Source: the human T2T-CHM13v2.0 reference genome, Homo sapiens
Length of the DNA: 64,000 nucleotides
Reading direction: 5' to 3' (one strand)
Assembly (NCBI RefSeq): GCF_009914755.1
Contig: NC_060938.1
Shown: positions 42,714 to 56,823 of the stretch, piece after piece
Layout: each line of letters opens with the position of its first letter
Numbering within the stretch: the stretch's first letter is position 1
Program-made: the position numbers and the translations under genes
The notes under the pieces: generated by a model
What the model saw: the letters and a program-made list of their open reading frames with translations, nothing else
The model's database searches: none
Told to the model about the DNA's origin: nothing

Positions 42714-44289
42714 TCTTAGGTATAAAACTTACAAAATTGCTTGTAAACACACTCCAGGAGACATGTAGGAGAATACTGAATGTTTATGATAGTCTAAATT
42801 TGAAAATGACCCAAATGTTTAATGACAATAGAAGAGATAAATAAAATGTGATATATTCTCTGTATAGTACTTTATACAACCAGAAAAATGAATAAACAGC
42901 AGCTACACACAACACGTGGATTTTATCTTGCAAACATAATGTTGATCAAAAGAAGAGAGGCACAAAACAATAAGTACTGTTATTGTTCAGTCATGCATAC
43001 TCATTGGCAAAAGTATTGAGAAAAATGAGAGGGGGAAATAGAATTTAAAAATTGGTAGGGAGGGAAGGGTTATGATGTGGAAGGATAGGTAAAGCTTTGA
43101 GGATGCCAACAATATTCTATTTCTTCTCAAGGGAGATTGTTATTCAAGCATTCAGTCTTAAATGATTCGTTAAAGTCTACATTTATATTTTATGCACATT
43201 GCTATGTGTGTATTATACTTCCCAATTTTGAAAAATACATTAAACAGACACATACATACACATTTATAAGACAATTTCAAGTTTTTAATTAAAATTTGTC
43301 TTCCATTCTTGTGAAAACTCAGTAAACTTATTCATGTCTCTGGTCACAAAAATCTCAAAATAAGAAATAATTATCATATAATAAATATTTATTAATAGCT
43401 TTTTGGATGAGAATTTTCCCTTTCTCTGTATTTAATGTTCCTCCACCATATAACCATTATATATTAAATACTAAATACTCTGCAAATCTCAGACCTGTTG
43501 GATTGAAAATACATATAATTCACTTTCTCTAAAATGGAATGACTTGTGATGGTATACTAGAAACAATAATTTATCCCATCAAGTCCTTAGGGAAAAATTA
43601 GATGCCATGCTGTGTGGCACTGAATCTAAGTGTATTCAAAGTTTAGATATGAGAGAGATCAGAAAGCTCTGACAGTGTCATTAAAAAGATAAAAGAAAGC
43701 CTCATGGGGAAGTAGAATTTCAGCTGGACCTGAGAGAAAGACTAGAGAAAATCACAAAATCAAACAAATTATGATAAATTATCTTCAGGCAACTCCATAA
43801 AGGTTGGGGATCACTGTTCAAGAGAATCATTTATTAACCAACGATTCTTTGTGCTTTGAAATGGTACATGACTTTCCCAAGTGATAGTCTTACACTCAGT
43901 TACTAAAGAAAGCAGTTTAATGAAAAATCCTTTCTTCTCCTTATACTAGTTAATCATCAAAGAAAAACCAATGTATTTCTATAATGTGTCTCCTACTAGC
44001 ACAGGCTAATTCCTAACTATGGAGCAATGTGTTTCCTTAATGATTGCTTGTATTTATTTGAAAAGTACATCTGGTTTCATTATTTTAATTGGGTGCTCTT
44101 AACTTGGGACATTATACTTAGAGCTTTTTCTAAGCTAGGAAACCTATTATATGAGCGACTTTGAAATTCCAGTTCCTGCCAGCAATGAGAAGATACGTTT
44201 TTGCTTTTACCATTTCCATTAGAAAAAAATTTCTGTCTTGAACTGACTAATCCCAGAAAAATCTCAACAGAAAGTAATTAATATAAGGA

Positions 44290-44440
44290 GTAATGGACTG
44301 GGAAAAAAAAAGTACCTAGTTTCTGATCTGCCAACAACTAGATTTGCGGCTTTAGCAAGTCATTTTATTTTTCCGTATCCCTAATTCCTTTTCTCATCTG
44401 TAATGTGACATGTTTAGATGATCACTGACATCTTGTTTAT
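44290..44440 (+). mobile_element. MIR3-like fragment
   Basis: tggactggga...tctgccaacaactag...tttctcatctgtaa. Confidence 0.55.
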
Positions 44441-44551
44441 CCCTCTGACCTGGACTACATTACACGGTACAATGCACAAAGAATTTGCGAATTGAGCATT
44501 TCTTTCATGAATTAAAGGTGCTTTGGTTTCTACAAGTGAGCATGGTCAAAT

Positions 44552-45260
44552 TGAGAGACGAGATAGTAAGGAACCAGTTAGGCAGATAGTTAGGAGAAGG
44601 CTCTCAATAGGAGTCCTTCCAACAAAAAAGCAGCCTGGAAGAAATCAAGCTGCAAGAGCAGATAAGGAAGCAAGGCCCACCGCCTTTGTCTCTTGTGCAA
44701 CCAGTGAGTTCTGCCTGTACACAGTGGGCTTCAGTGAGCACATTCCTTTCCTTTTCAGGCATACACAGATAATAGTACTTGCACAGGGGGTCTTGCCTAA
44801 GTCTGACCTGCAGCTATATAGATAAGAAAATCTATGCAGAATCAGACATGTCTGCAGTGGAAGAATCCATCTCCTGACACATGAACAGTAAGGGAAATAC
44901 AACAACATGGAGTAACTCATGCTAAGGGCCCACATGCACACTAGAGAGACAGGGTGGAGCTTATAAGAATTCACACTTTATGCAAATAAGACACCAGCCT
45001 TAACCAGTTTTTCTTACCTTATGCAAATGAAACACCCCATCCCATTAGCTTGTTTATAAAAGCCTTTGCATTCAACTGTGAAAGCATAACCCTCCCAGGT
45101 CCTTTCTCCATTGTGGAGAGATTACCTCTTTTTCTTATTACACTGTCACTCCAACCTCTCTGTTGGTGTCCACACTCCTTAATTTTCTTGGTTGTGAGAC
45201 AAAGAACTCTAGGTAATACCTCAGACAATGAGACTGCTGCAGTGACACTAGGCTGCTTCA
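44552..45260 (+). mobile_element. ERV1-class solo LTR (709 bp; family not assigned)
   Basis: TG...CA ends, 4-bp TSD AAAT (44548-44551, 45261-45264), TATAAAA at 45055, U5-like ctccttaattttcttggttgtgagacaaagaactc. Confidence 0.88.
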
Positions 45261-47488
45261 AAATAGTGTATGTCGTGTTAAATGGTGCCTATTGTAGAAA
45301 TATTTTTATTGTATTCATACTCTCCTCCCTCCTAACAATTCAAATTTCCATTGCAGGCCTCATGTGGTTCTAGAGGAGACAATCCTAACCCACCTATTCC
45401 AATAGGGAGGAAGGAATTTAGGACAAAAGTAATCAATACACTCCATTACACTGGCTGATGATTGTGTTGATACTGCACAGAACAAGCTCATTCTATACCA
45501 GTCAATCATAGGATTGTTGAAGGCAATGTGAAGACAAATATTTTTCTCTGTCCTTCTGGATATGAATGCGAAAGCATGTACCACTGATTTTAATAAAAGC
45601 CACCTTGAGTCTATGTAGGGACACACAGAGCAGAATGAATGTAGGTTTAAAGTAGCACGATGGAGTCACTTTATCACGTCTTTACTGAAGCCAAACCTTT
45701 GCTTTACATTGTATATCTGTTCATGTTGATTTTTATTTGTTTAGTATTTACAACTTAAAACTAAAAACAGACCCATCATACAGCTATTTAGCTGATTTCT
45801 CTGGAGGTTTAGATGTGGTATCTCAGTGGAAATATATAAAGCCTCTTTGAATCTTACTTTGTAATAAATATATAGGGTCATAGCCACCAAAATCTGTAAT
45901 TGGACTTCCTAATTCCTTATTCATCCTAAGTTTTCTACTTCCAGAAGCTAAAAGTCGATTTCTATTGAATGAGAAAGAATAGTTTTGTTTTATAATTGCT
46001 TTATTATTTTTTTTTCTATCTGAGGCATAACCATATATGAGGGAGTTTGCTATAGAGAATGCATATGAAATAATGATATTATTACCAAGGAATCATTATC
46101 TCTGTGGCTTATGTATAAAACCAGATTGAACAGTAAATGTGCTGCAGAACAGAGGAAGGTTCTTCTCTTTGGGGGTGAGAAGTCCTGGAGTAGATGACAG
46201 GGTCAAAGAGGACAAGAAAAAATACACATGACTGAATAACTCTTAAAATGTTTTAAATAATTTTAAATAACATATAAATAGATGATATATATGAAAATAT
46301 GTAGAGTGTATATGATTATACCATTTTGGCTGTGACACATTTATAAGTAATGTTATCATTTGGTTAGTCCTATTACAGTCAGTAAATTTATTCTACTAAA
46401 CCTGTATGTGTAAAAAAGATTAGAATATTTCATTACTCATTACACATAATTCAGAAGAAATCTGATACATCCTTAATATTTAAAACCACTACAAAAATGT
46501 CAAAGACATCAAACTATGATTTTGTGTAATTTGTAAGATGACAAATGTATTCTAGTAGATTATTAGTGAAGAAAAATGAAGGAAGGAAAATGTGGAGGTG
46601 ATGAACTAAGAATATAAATTAAAAGGTCATAGGCAGAACACAAATTAAACAGCAGAAAACTCAACTTCTTTCCCTCCTGGCAAATCAGGAAACTATATAC
46701 CGGTTTCTATGAACAAAATTAAAAATAAAATGTAATTATGGCTTTCATGGTGTGTCTTCTATTACATTATTTGTGCTGCTTAATTATATTAGCTGGTGAA
46801 AACAGGCTCACCAACCTTTCTGTGAATTTTGTGCTCAGGGAGTAGCAAATTTTACACTTGAGGGTCAATCATCATCATTCACATTTACATATGATGACTG
46901 ATTAGAAGAATATTGCCTTTTAGAACTTTGCATTATGGTAATTTTTGTTTAAATCCAATACATTAGCCTGCAACCAGAATCATTAATGATTTCTGACATC
47001 TCCAAATTAGGTCATGCTTTGTGGGACAGCATTGGGAATTGCAAGCACAAGTAGACAGCTTTGACGCTGGCCACTTCATATGAACTGAACCCATTCACAC
47101 TGGTCATCATGGCCTGCAGTCTCAGGGGCTGTATCAAGCTCTATTTAGGCATAGTCATGCTTATTCTTTACCCAAATGTTCAGTGATGTCACTACTATAG
47201 TCAACAAAGATCACCTTATTCTATCAGCATTATTAGCTTCTTTTTTTTTTTTTGCTTTGGTTTTATCTTCACAATTTATTGGGAAGCATTAATATATTGC
47301 CTCAGATTTATGTCTCCTCTCTCCAATTAAAGAATTATGAGGCACAAACTTAAAAAAAACACTTATCAATACAATCCCTCCTCCAAATAATATATTCTCA
47401 AGTATTTGGTGAAGGAGTTGAACAGGATGTTCTTGATCATGAGCCAGGCTTTTGTTACAAAGTAGGGTATAAAAAGGGCAAAATCCTG

Positions 47489-47489
<1 letters not shown>

Positions 47490-47543
<54 letters not shown>
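47490..47543. repeat. (TA)n microsatellite at the Alu tail
   Basis: Direct reading. Confidence 0.95.
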
Positions 47544-47544
<1 letters not shown>

Positions 47545-47834
47545 TTTTTTGAGAAAGAATTTCACTCTTGTCGCCCTGGCTGGAGTACAATAGCATGATC
47601 TTGGCTCACTGCAACCTCCGCCTCCCGGATTCAAGCATTTATCCTGCCTCAGCCTCCCAAGTAGCTGGGATTACAAGCATGCGCTACCAAGCCCGGCTAA
47701 TTTTCTGTATTTTTGGTAGAGACAGGGTTTCACCTTGTTGGCCAGGCTGGTCTCAAACTCCTGACCTTAAATGATCCACCCACCTTGTCTTCCCTACGTG
47801 CTGGGATTACAGGTGTGAGCCACCGTGTCTGGCC
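47544..47834 (-). mobile_element. AluSp/Sq-like
   Basis: gaatttcactcttgtcgccc...gagtacaatagc (Sp/Sq-type positions)...gagccaccgtgtctggcc. Confidence 0.93.
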
Positions 47835-48199
47835 CAATAGATATTTTCAAATGAGTAAATGGCTGAATGAAAATGAATTATTTTGATCTGAGTTTATCTA
47901 ACACAACCCTCATTTAATACTGTCTAAAACATGCTTAACTCCCATTATGATATTAAATTTTAAATTTAAAGTGATCTGAACTGTGCAAATACTAAGTTTC
48001 TCACCCAAATTTTCCCCTAGACTAAGCATCCATTTATGATTCCTTTGTGATCCAAACTTTACTATCATGGTTGCGGTAAAAGTTAGTTTTAGTTCAATTG
48101 AAACATTTAAATATAAGAGGCAGATGTAATAATTGTATGCAAACCATTGAGGCTCCAACTCCAGTACTCAGCATCCTACTATAATGCAATAATTCTTTT

Positions 48200-48345
48200 T
48201 TCTCTTCTATTAACTTATTACCTTATCAGTATAGACTTAACTTCATAATTTTTATTGACTTACAATTGATTATTGTACTCAATTATTTTGGTGCTCAAGT
48301 TTTTCCAGATTTGACCATGGTAATCCCCTTCAAACTGACTCCTGC
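48200..48345 (-). mobile_element. L1MC4/5 3' fragment
   Basis: attttggtgctcaagttttccagatttgacc...ccccttcaaactgactcctg. Confidence 0.6.
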
Positions 48346-49296
48346 AATACTACATTTTCAATGAAATAGTTCAGCTGCTTTGTTGGATCTAAGTTTATAT
48401 GCAAATGTGATTATGGCATTGACTGAGATTGTCAAACAAACTCAAAGTTTAATATGCCAATTTTGGCTTATGCTTTGTGACACTCAATTCTCCTAGCACA
48501 TATTTTTTTCCTTCAAACTTTCAAAAGTATCTTGGTGCAATTCAAACTTTATGAAATCACTTAGGCAATCTTCAGCTCATATACATACAGTGTTTACCCT
48601 TTCTTTATATTATTAGGCTCTGCCAATAAAATTAGTACTACTTATATCCAACACAAGCAAAACCAAAGATATACATATAACCAGCATAATTAAATGAGGA
48701 TGTATGGGAGTTATTTGGATGATCCAGAATGTACTTGTATTATTATTAAATTTTGGTCTAAATTTGTGTAGAAATAAAAGAAGAAAACATTAGCAGATTC
48801 TTGGGGTCTAGAAAGCCTGTTTAAGAAGTGCTAACTTATAAACTTCTGAGGTACATAAATCATGTTGAATTCTAAAGTATTATGTGGCATAATGTTGCAT
48901 TTTGTCACAGTTTTTTTCTGCTTTGTTGTTTGCTTATAAACAGTATTAGCTCACATTGAACTTATAGATACAGCTGACTGCTCATGAACAAGGCACTGAA
49001 GAAACATCACAACATTTTGTATAGTCAATATCATTCTCATTTTCAGAAAAGCAATAGATGCTGAATTAGTTGCCACAGGTAACCCCGATGGTTAGTCATT
49101 TGAATTCCATATCCAGTCAGTCGCTTTCTTCTCTATCTTTATCCCTTATGTCTCAGGCAACTCTTCCTACTAGGGGAAAAAATGGATGCTAATTGCCAAC
49201 CAATGCTGACTCTAGCACATTTTCATATTTTGAGTAAACATGTCATGTTACAGATTCAGATACCATCATAGTATTTTGCCTAAAATAAGATAATAG

Positions 49297-49330
49297 CACG
49301 CACACACACACACACAGACTCACACACACA
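49297..49330. repeat. (CA)n microsatellite (imperfect)
   Basis: Direct reading. Confidence 0.85.
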
Positions 49331-49879
49331 AATTGTTACTGGTCAGTAGCCACATGCTGGGATAATGGTAGAACAATGTATTATAGGTAAATATTGAATC
49401 ATTTTTTAAAAAGAACCTCAGAATATAAAGCAGAGTACACAAATGTCAGCACTCATAAGCATAGCAGCAAATCTTACAAAAAAATAAATTCAATCATCAC
49501 CATTATCCCAGATTCAAGCTAATACACCATCTGTATTTGGAAATTTGCTGCTCCTGCATGCATCATTGCTTTTTCATTCAGTTTAATCAGATTGATGCTT
49601 CTGCTACAAAATATTAATCTGAAGCCCACAATAATAAAAACATAGATCATGTTTCATGGGAGGATAATCTGACTTTTTTCTAATGGGTTAAAATGAATAT
49701 TTGAGAACTAGATATTACCATTAAATAAATCCCAGCGCTCCCTGGCCAGCACCATACTATTATTTTTTTCTTAATAAAAGGTAGATCTAAAGTGCTGTTA
49801 TATGAATTGAAGAGTAACAGCCTGAATGAATTTCACATCCAACTGCGTGTTGACTTTTTCTTTCACAAAAAAATTAAGA

Positions 49880-50650
49880 AGAATGACAAAGGGACATTTG
49901 CTAAAGAAAATGATGCATTGATAAATGTTAACCAGATTTTGATGAATACACTCATTTCAATGGTAGCTAAATGGAATTAAAATTTTAAAATATCAATAAT
50001 AAACAAGAATACTCACGAGATTAAGCAACACTTAAAAATGTGATGATGATGGTAAGTTCTGTCAAAAATGCAATGTCACTCATTTATATGTTGCTCAAGG
50101 AAGAGTAAGCTTGTTGAAGTATTTTGGAAATTTGTTTATACTTAGTAAATTGCAAGATAGCTATACTCTATGGTTTAGGACTTATACCTGTTGGCATATA
50201 CATTTAAAACATTCTAGAATATTGCACTAGTTCACATGTACATGATTGTTCATAGCAACATGATTTGATAAAATGAGAGCTTATAAACAATATGAATGGC
50301 CACAACAGAAAAATAGAAAATAAGTTTGTTTATAAAATGGAATATACTATACAGAAATACAAATAAATTAGAACTATACTTAACATTAATAACATGTATA
50401 AATACCATAAACATAGTACTGAGTAATAAAATTTTAGTTTCTATGAAAACACACATATGCGCCCAAAATAGAATGACATGCATGGGGATGAAAACCACCA
50501 TAGTGTTTACGTCTATTAGGAAGGATTCTATATATCAGCAAGGGCTACACAGTAACATTAATTGTGTATGTATTAATCTGCTTTCTAAAATTAAATGTGT
50601 TGAATATTTATTCATAATATCATGTATATGTCTGAAATAATTCATAATAA
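49880..50650 (+). mobile_element. L1ME ORF2 end and 3' UTR remnant
   Basis: atgattgttcatagcaacatgattt...aaaatggaatatactatacag...cataaacatagtactgagt. Confidence 0.65.
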
Positions 50651-50869
50651 GTTCTATTCCCATGCACCTGTACACAAAATTAGAACTTTCTTCTCTGTTG
50701 CAGTTTGTGATTAATCAGTATCTGAAAAGACCATAGAACTTCCAGATCAGAGACGCCCTGACTGATCACATAGACAAGCCACAGCAAACTGCAGGGTTTT
50801 CTGTTCCCAACCAATATATTTGACCACCTAATGTGTTTATCTTGTTGCAAATAGGCTATTTTTAAAGAC

Positions 50870-51460
50870 CCTTTGACACTTCATTACCTCCAGGTTTGCA
50901 TGTCCAAACTCTCTCACCAGAATCACATTTCTAAAATTAAAACTGATCACTTTATTTCACTACCCCACACCCTTCATTCACATCCCATAATCTACAGAAT
51001 TAAATAAAAAATCTTTGTGTGCTATCTATGGCTAGCCATCCTTTGTACTTGCTGACTTCTCTAGCCCATCTCTCTACCAGGGTTTAATCCTTGGTCCACC
51101 CTCTGCCTCTCAACTATACTTGAGCGCAATCCCTTAGCATCCTAAATTACTTAATTTATACCCAGTGTCCCAGGTCTCTGGGTGAACTGTTCTCTTTGTT
51201 GCTTTTCTCACATTGTATCATTTACAAATGTTTTATTTGACAAGATGAACCTCAAATATTACTCTTTCCCCTGATCATTATATTTACCTTAGATTTTTGA
51301 CTGTTTTTTGTCCATAACATTGTGTTCATTTCTTATCATTTTCCTTACTACACGGCATATTGATTATAAGTCTCATGAGTCATATTGTTACAATTCACAT
51401 TTCTGCCAGGCACAGTTTAAAATACAAATAATTTGCTTAGAAAATATTTATTGTAACAGT
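50870..51460 (+). mobile_element. L2 remnant
   Basis: ccagaatcacatttctaaaattaaaactgatcac...catcccataatctacagaattaaat. Confidence 0.6.
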
Positions 51461-51809
51461 AATTGAGTCAAAGATGTGATTTCAAGGTAGAGATACATCT
51501 GGTTGATGTTTCCCTTATTCACTCTGCCCTCCAGCTCAGTGAACAGAGAAAGCAGAAGTAGTCTAGAAAAATGAAAAGTTTATGTTCCCCGTCTCAACTT
51601 CATAAATGAGAGAATTGCTGACCTCTCTGCTCCTCCAGCAAAAAGTCCCACATGCAAGAACAAAGCTGATGAAAATATAATTAAATATCAGCTATATCAA
51701 GAGACTGATGGGGTTGCATTTATTATAAACATGGGGAGCAGTTGAGAGCATTTAGAAAAGGGTACCAATTCTATATCTACCATTAATTTAATGTAGGACA
51801 ATTGTCAGA

Positions 51810-51970
51810 TGTCAATTTAGCCAAATTTTCTAGGTAGTCATTTTTTCATTAGGAAAATGGCGATAGAAATAGCAAATACAAAGCCATGTTTTATGTGAAT
51901 TAATTAATTCATATTTGCATAGCACTTAATAAACTACCCAGCACATTGCAAGGACTCAATTAACATTGGG
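51810..51970 (+). mobile_element. MIR
   Basis: tttttcattaggaaaatggcgata...cccagcacattgcaaggactcaattaacatt. Confidence 0.5.
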
Positions 51971-52129
51971 CTGAATTGTTTTCATTAGCGTAATTATTAA
52001 TATCTAGTGCAGTGGTGCCAGAGAAGGAAAAGTGCCTTTGGTGTCTATTCTTTCTGAGTTTTGTAGCAGCAAAAATTTATTTCAGAAAAAGTTCTGGATA
52101 TTCTAAAAAGTATTAATTTTATGTTCATA

Positions 52130-52260
52130 ATAAAAACTCTAAGAAATGAGGTTGTAAGTATCCTCACTTTACTCATGAGGAAATGATTTGCTAAGAATCA
52201 TACAGCTAGTGTGTGCTTTAAAACTAAGCCACTGCATTCTATGGCCATGTTCCTATTGTT
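52130..52260 (-). mobile_element. MIR
   Basis: tatcctcactttactcatgaggaaa...tttgctaagaatcatacagctagt. Confidence 0.55.
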
Positions 52261-53489
52261 TTGCCTTCACTCCTATTAGTCAGCAACATTTTACTTTTTC
52301 TCTAGTGTTGGGAATTCATATATGAATAGTAGCTCTAAAAATACAGCAAACATCCTTTCATGTGTCCTTTGCTCCCTCAGCTAAAAGAAAAATAATTTGG
52401 CAAAATTATGTAATCTGTTATAAGAAAAAGTGAAATACATAAAATAACAAACAGGAATGTGCTGAGAGTATGCAATGCATTAATGGTCTCCTTGAAAATA
52501 TACACATTTTCTTTTGTCATCTACTAGATGTTAATACCTATGGAAAAAGGTATAAGCTGAGTAAGGAGCCATAACATTTTCAACAAAATAAATGCAGGTG
52601 TCTGAGCTATTGAGGCACTCTTATTTATATGATAGAAACACTTCTATCATTATTACTTGGTTAACCTCCTTGGCAGCATTAAAGGAATTTAATATAACAC
52701 AGATACTTCCCATCACAGTTTAGATAACATGTTAATTTACATTTTTGCAAATACGGAACTTTGGGTCTCATTATGGGGCCACTGTTACAATTTCTAACCC
52801 AGTTCTTTTTGTTTTAATGGCATAAAAGAAGAATCTGCTTGTTAAGAACCATGGCACTACAAATAACTGTTTTATCCAGCATAAAAGCCAATGCTATTGC
52901 TTGACTTTTCACTTGGGTCTGAAGTGAACAGATCCTTACTATACATTAAATGATTTGTGTCTTTCTTCAAAAGCTGCAGCTGGATGAATTAAAGCAAAAG
53001 CAGACTCACCTATAGCATGAATTAACAAGAAACCTGATCATTGTTAAAACTGTGAGTTACTCACCCTAGAGATAAGGTGTGGGTAAAGCAAAGGCACTTT
53101 ATGTTCTTGCTCTCAAAGGGGCCTCCCTGTCTCTCTTTCCCTCAGAGCAAACCATGTATTTCTATTTTATTTAATTTTCCAATTTCTCAGTCATAGCTTC
53201 CTATGAAGTTATTAAAGTTAAACATCAATTCTTCATCATATAGAGATTTTGGAAACTACATAGAAGCAGGTGTTCCAGAAAGGCCAGACTTAAATAGCAG
53301 TTATAAATTGTATATAATCTGAAAATTCAATGAGACCCTGTCAACCAAAAGCCTTTGTCTTTCAGGTGATGTTTCATTGGTTCATTTTAGTTTAGTATAC
53401 AGTTCAAAAAAGATGGGAATGCAAATAATACCAGGTGGTTTTCATTTTATTGTTTTTGCTATTGTTTATTTCTGCACTAAGTTTAATTA

Positions 53490-53652
53490 CCTGAGGAGTA
53501 AGTACTCCAACATCTCCCATTTTACAAGTGAGAAAACTGGGGAAGAGAGGAAATAGATAATTCTAGAAAAATCACATAGCTAATTTGTGGTAGGGCTGGC
53601 ATTCAAACCTAGGCAGTTTAACTTCAAATTTTATGCTCAATCACTATGCTGT
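53490..53652 (-). mobile_element. MIR
   Basis: ctcccattttacaagtgagaaaactg...ggcattcaaacctaggcagt. Confidence 0.8.
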
Positions 53653-54001
53653 ATCTTTTTTATTAAGTACAAAAATGAATGCAAAATATTTCCTTTTCTT
53701 CTTATTGCTTACCTTCATGACCAGTTGTATAAAAGAAGGGGTTATGGCTACTAAATACAATATTAATAAATAAGATCCCAGAAAAAAGTTGCAGAAGGGC
53801 CGAGGAGCAAATGACAGGATATAGTGATAAGAATGGTTTGTAAAAATATCCATGCAAACAGATTCAAATGCTTAACTCCATTTTTATTTTTATGAATCTG
53901 TTTGTCCATATTGTATAAATTTAATCAAATTATGCAATTGCTTTCATCCAGAATTTAATTCAATATTCATTTATTTACTTATTTATATAGTAAATACTTT
54001 A

Positions 54002-54396
<395 letters not shown>

Positions 54397-55271
54397 CAAA
54401 ATAGGACTTGATAATCTTAATGTTCATAGTAATACGGTATGTGTGGGTAACCACAACCAGTTGTTTGTTACTTAGAAGAAAAAAAATAAAAATAAAAACT
54501 AAATAGGGCTTCTCAGGATTCAGAAAGAGAAAAGCTTAGAAAGACTGTGACTCACAAGGTTAGGGAGGGCCTCATATTCCACAGTAAAGAATTTGCTCTA
54601 TTCCTAATTTGAGATTAAGGAGGGAAATTATCAACTGAAAATAAACTGAACCAGGGTTGAGGGACTGAAAGGTGTCAATCCCTAAAATATATAGTATTCC
54701 TTTTTTTAAATAGCTGTCAGAAAATTTCTGAACTCTAGGAAAGGCCTTAAAGAAATTCAGCAATGCCAAGTTACTTCATTTCATTTGATGGCCAAATGGC
54801 TCCAAAGAGTGTTTGTGTCACAGGGTATTTTTGAACAGTTGGAGCAATGTGCTTATTGACTTAGTTAAATATGGAACATATTTGATTTAGCTAATCAGAC
54901 TAGTTCGACAGTCATTTCAGGAAGGGATGGGGCCAGGAGCTAGATTGCAGAGGCTTGAAAATTGAATGGTTTTGATTAAAAGGAAATCACATGTATGGAT
55001 TGATCTTCTGTTTGTCTGTGAAAGGCATACATAGAGTGTGGGGGATGCAGTAGCAACATGGATGAGTTTATAAAGAATTTTTTCCACTTTAATATGAGTC
55101 ATTTGAGTATTGTAAACAGCCATCGGAAAGATCTATTACCAAGGTGAGGGTGAATAGACAAGGAAGAAGGAGATAACCAAAATTACTAGTGTATGCAAGA
55201 AAAGCCAAGAGGGATCAACATCAGATAGGTTTACCCACAGCACCTTCGCCATAGCAAAATATAAGAATGAT

Positions 55272-55609
55272 GCCGCCATAAAAAATGATGAGTTCATGTC
55301 CTTTGTAGGGACACGGATGAAGCTGGAAAACACCATTCTCAGCAAACTATTGCAAGGACAAAAACCCAAACACCGCATGTTCTCATTCACAGGTGGGAAT
55401 TGAACAATGAGAACACATGGACACAGGAAGGGGAACATCACACACTGGGGCCTGTTGTGGGGTGGGGGGAGGGGGGAGGGATAGCATTAGGAGATATACC
55501 TAATGCTAAATGACGAGTTAATGGGTGCAGCACACAAACATGGCGCATGTTTATATATGTAACAAACCTGCATGTTGTGCACATGTACCCTAAAACTTAA
55601 AGTATAATA

Positions 55610-55643
<34 letters not shown>
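55272..55643 (+). mobile_element. L1PA3/4 3' end (5'-truncated) with (TAAA)n tail
   Basis: Near-consensus 3' UTR (gcattaggagatatacctaatgctaaatgacgag...ccctaaaacttaaagtataat); TSD AAGAATGAT at 55263-55271 and 55644-55652. Confidence 0.95.
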
Positions 55644-55644
<1 letters not shown>

Positions 55645-56074
55645 AGAATGATAAGCAGGGTGCCCATACATATTCAGTACTAAGGTAATGGAAGAGTCCA
55701 ATTTGCAATAAGGTGATCTATGGAAAACGTACAGGTGAGAAAAAATATGTGAGGGCCAGGTATTTGAAGAGAATGAAGAAAGTTTGAAACAGTCATAGTA
55801 AAGGATAAGAGATTAACCTGATCAAATAAATATATTAGTATCCCCTGCCATCTAAAATTAGTATTTAAAAATTGTTGACTAAAAACAAATGCTAACATTT
55901 TAAGTAAAAGGCAATTTGACAAATTATATCTAATATTATGATTGATGAGTCTCCATTATATCAGTATGCTCATTAACTGCCCAAAGGACCACAAGAGAAG
56001 CCAAAAAGGAAATATAACAGCATGTTGACATTGACTGACTGAAAGATAAAAATATTGACAATTACTTTCCCTCA

Positions 56075-56321
56075 TATATTTTCTGAATTTTCCAAATTTT
56101 GTTCAATGAGTATGAATTAAATTTAAAAAAATTGAAATTTAAAATTAAAATTCATTTCATACTCATTGAGCAATTTTTGAAATTTAATTTATACCATCGA
56201 ACAAAATTTAACTTTAAAAACTTAAATTCTAAAATTAATTAAAGTTTTTTAAAATTTAATTTATGCTCATTAAAAAAATTTAGAAAATTCAAAAATATAA
56301 AAATTAAGTTTTTATATTTTT
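56075..56321. repeat. Complex AT-rich inverted repeat
   Basis: 56075-56130 has its reverse complement at 56245-56298, plus two shorter inverted copies between them. Confidence 0.85.
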
Positions 56322-56823
56322 CTGTGTTTATTGCATGCACTATGATGTAAACATTTATTCGCTGTTGGACTTTTTGTTTTTGTTTTTTCAATTTTATATC
56401 CATTAAAAACAATTGGCCCCCTTTGTAAAGGTTTTATACACATGCACAGGTTTGTTACAAGTAATACCTTTGAAGTAAATATTTGTCATAAGATATACAC
56501 AAGCTTGTTTTCAATATATTTTGAAAATTAAAAAACTCCCAGATCTTTAGAGGTAGTGTGACATGCGTATATGTATTCATTAATTCTGCACTAGAAAATT
56601 ATATTAAAGGTGTTATTGAACCCCTGTATATAATCAATATGCAATTTAGAGACTGTTATCATACATTGACATGGGAAGAGAAGAATAAACACACAAATCT
56701 CATATATATGTTTTGCTAATCTAAAGACACTAGCTTGTAGTTTTAAAATATGTAGATAAAGAGATTGTTCTTTATTACTCAATTTCCCTTGAATGATTTC
56801 CATTTTTGCCTTGAGGAAGGAAC

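Larger units (their letters stand above)
41495..43240 (+). mobile_element. L1ME ORF2 end and 3' UTR hosting MLT1B and MER20
   Basis: tttatgacaaag...aaacttgaccttaactttacac...tcttgcaaacataatgttgatcaaaagaag...tatgtgtgtattatactt. Confidence 0.8.

Noticed and set aside
44523-45373. ORFs of 80-109 aa on both strands
   Set aside because: They fall in the GC-richer solo LTR and are chance open frames.
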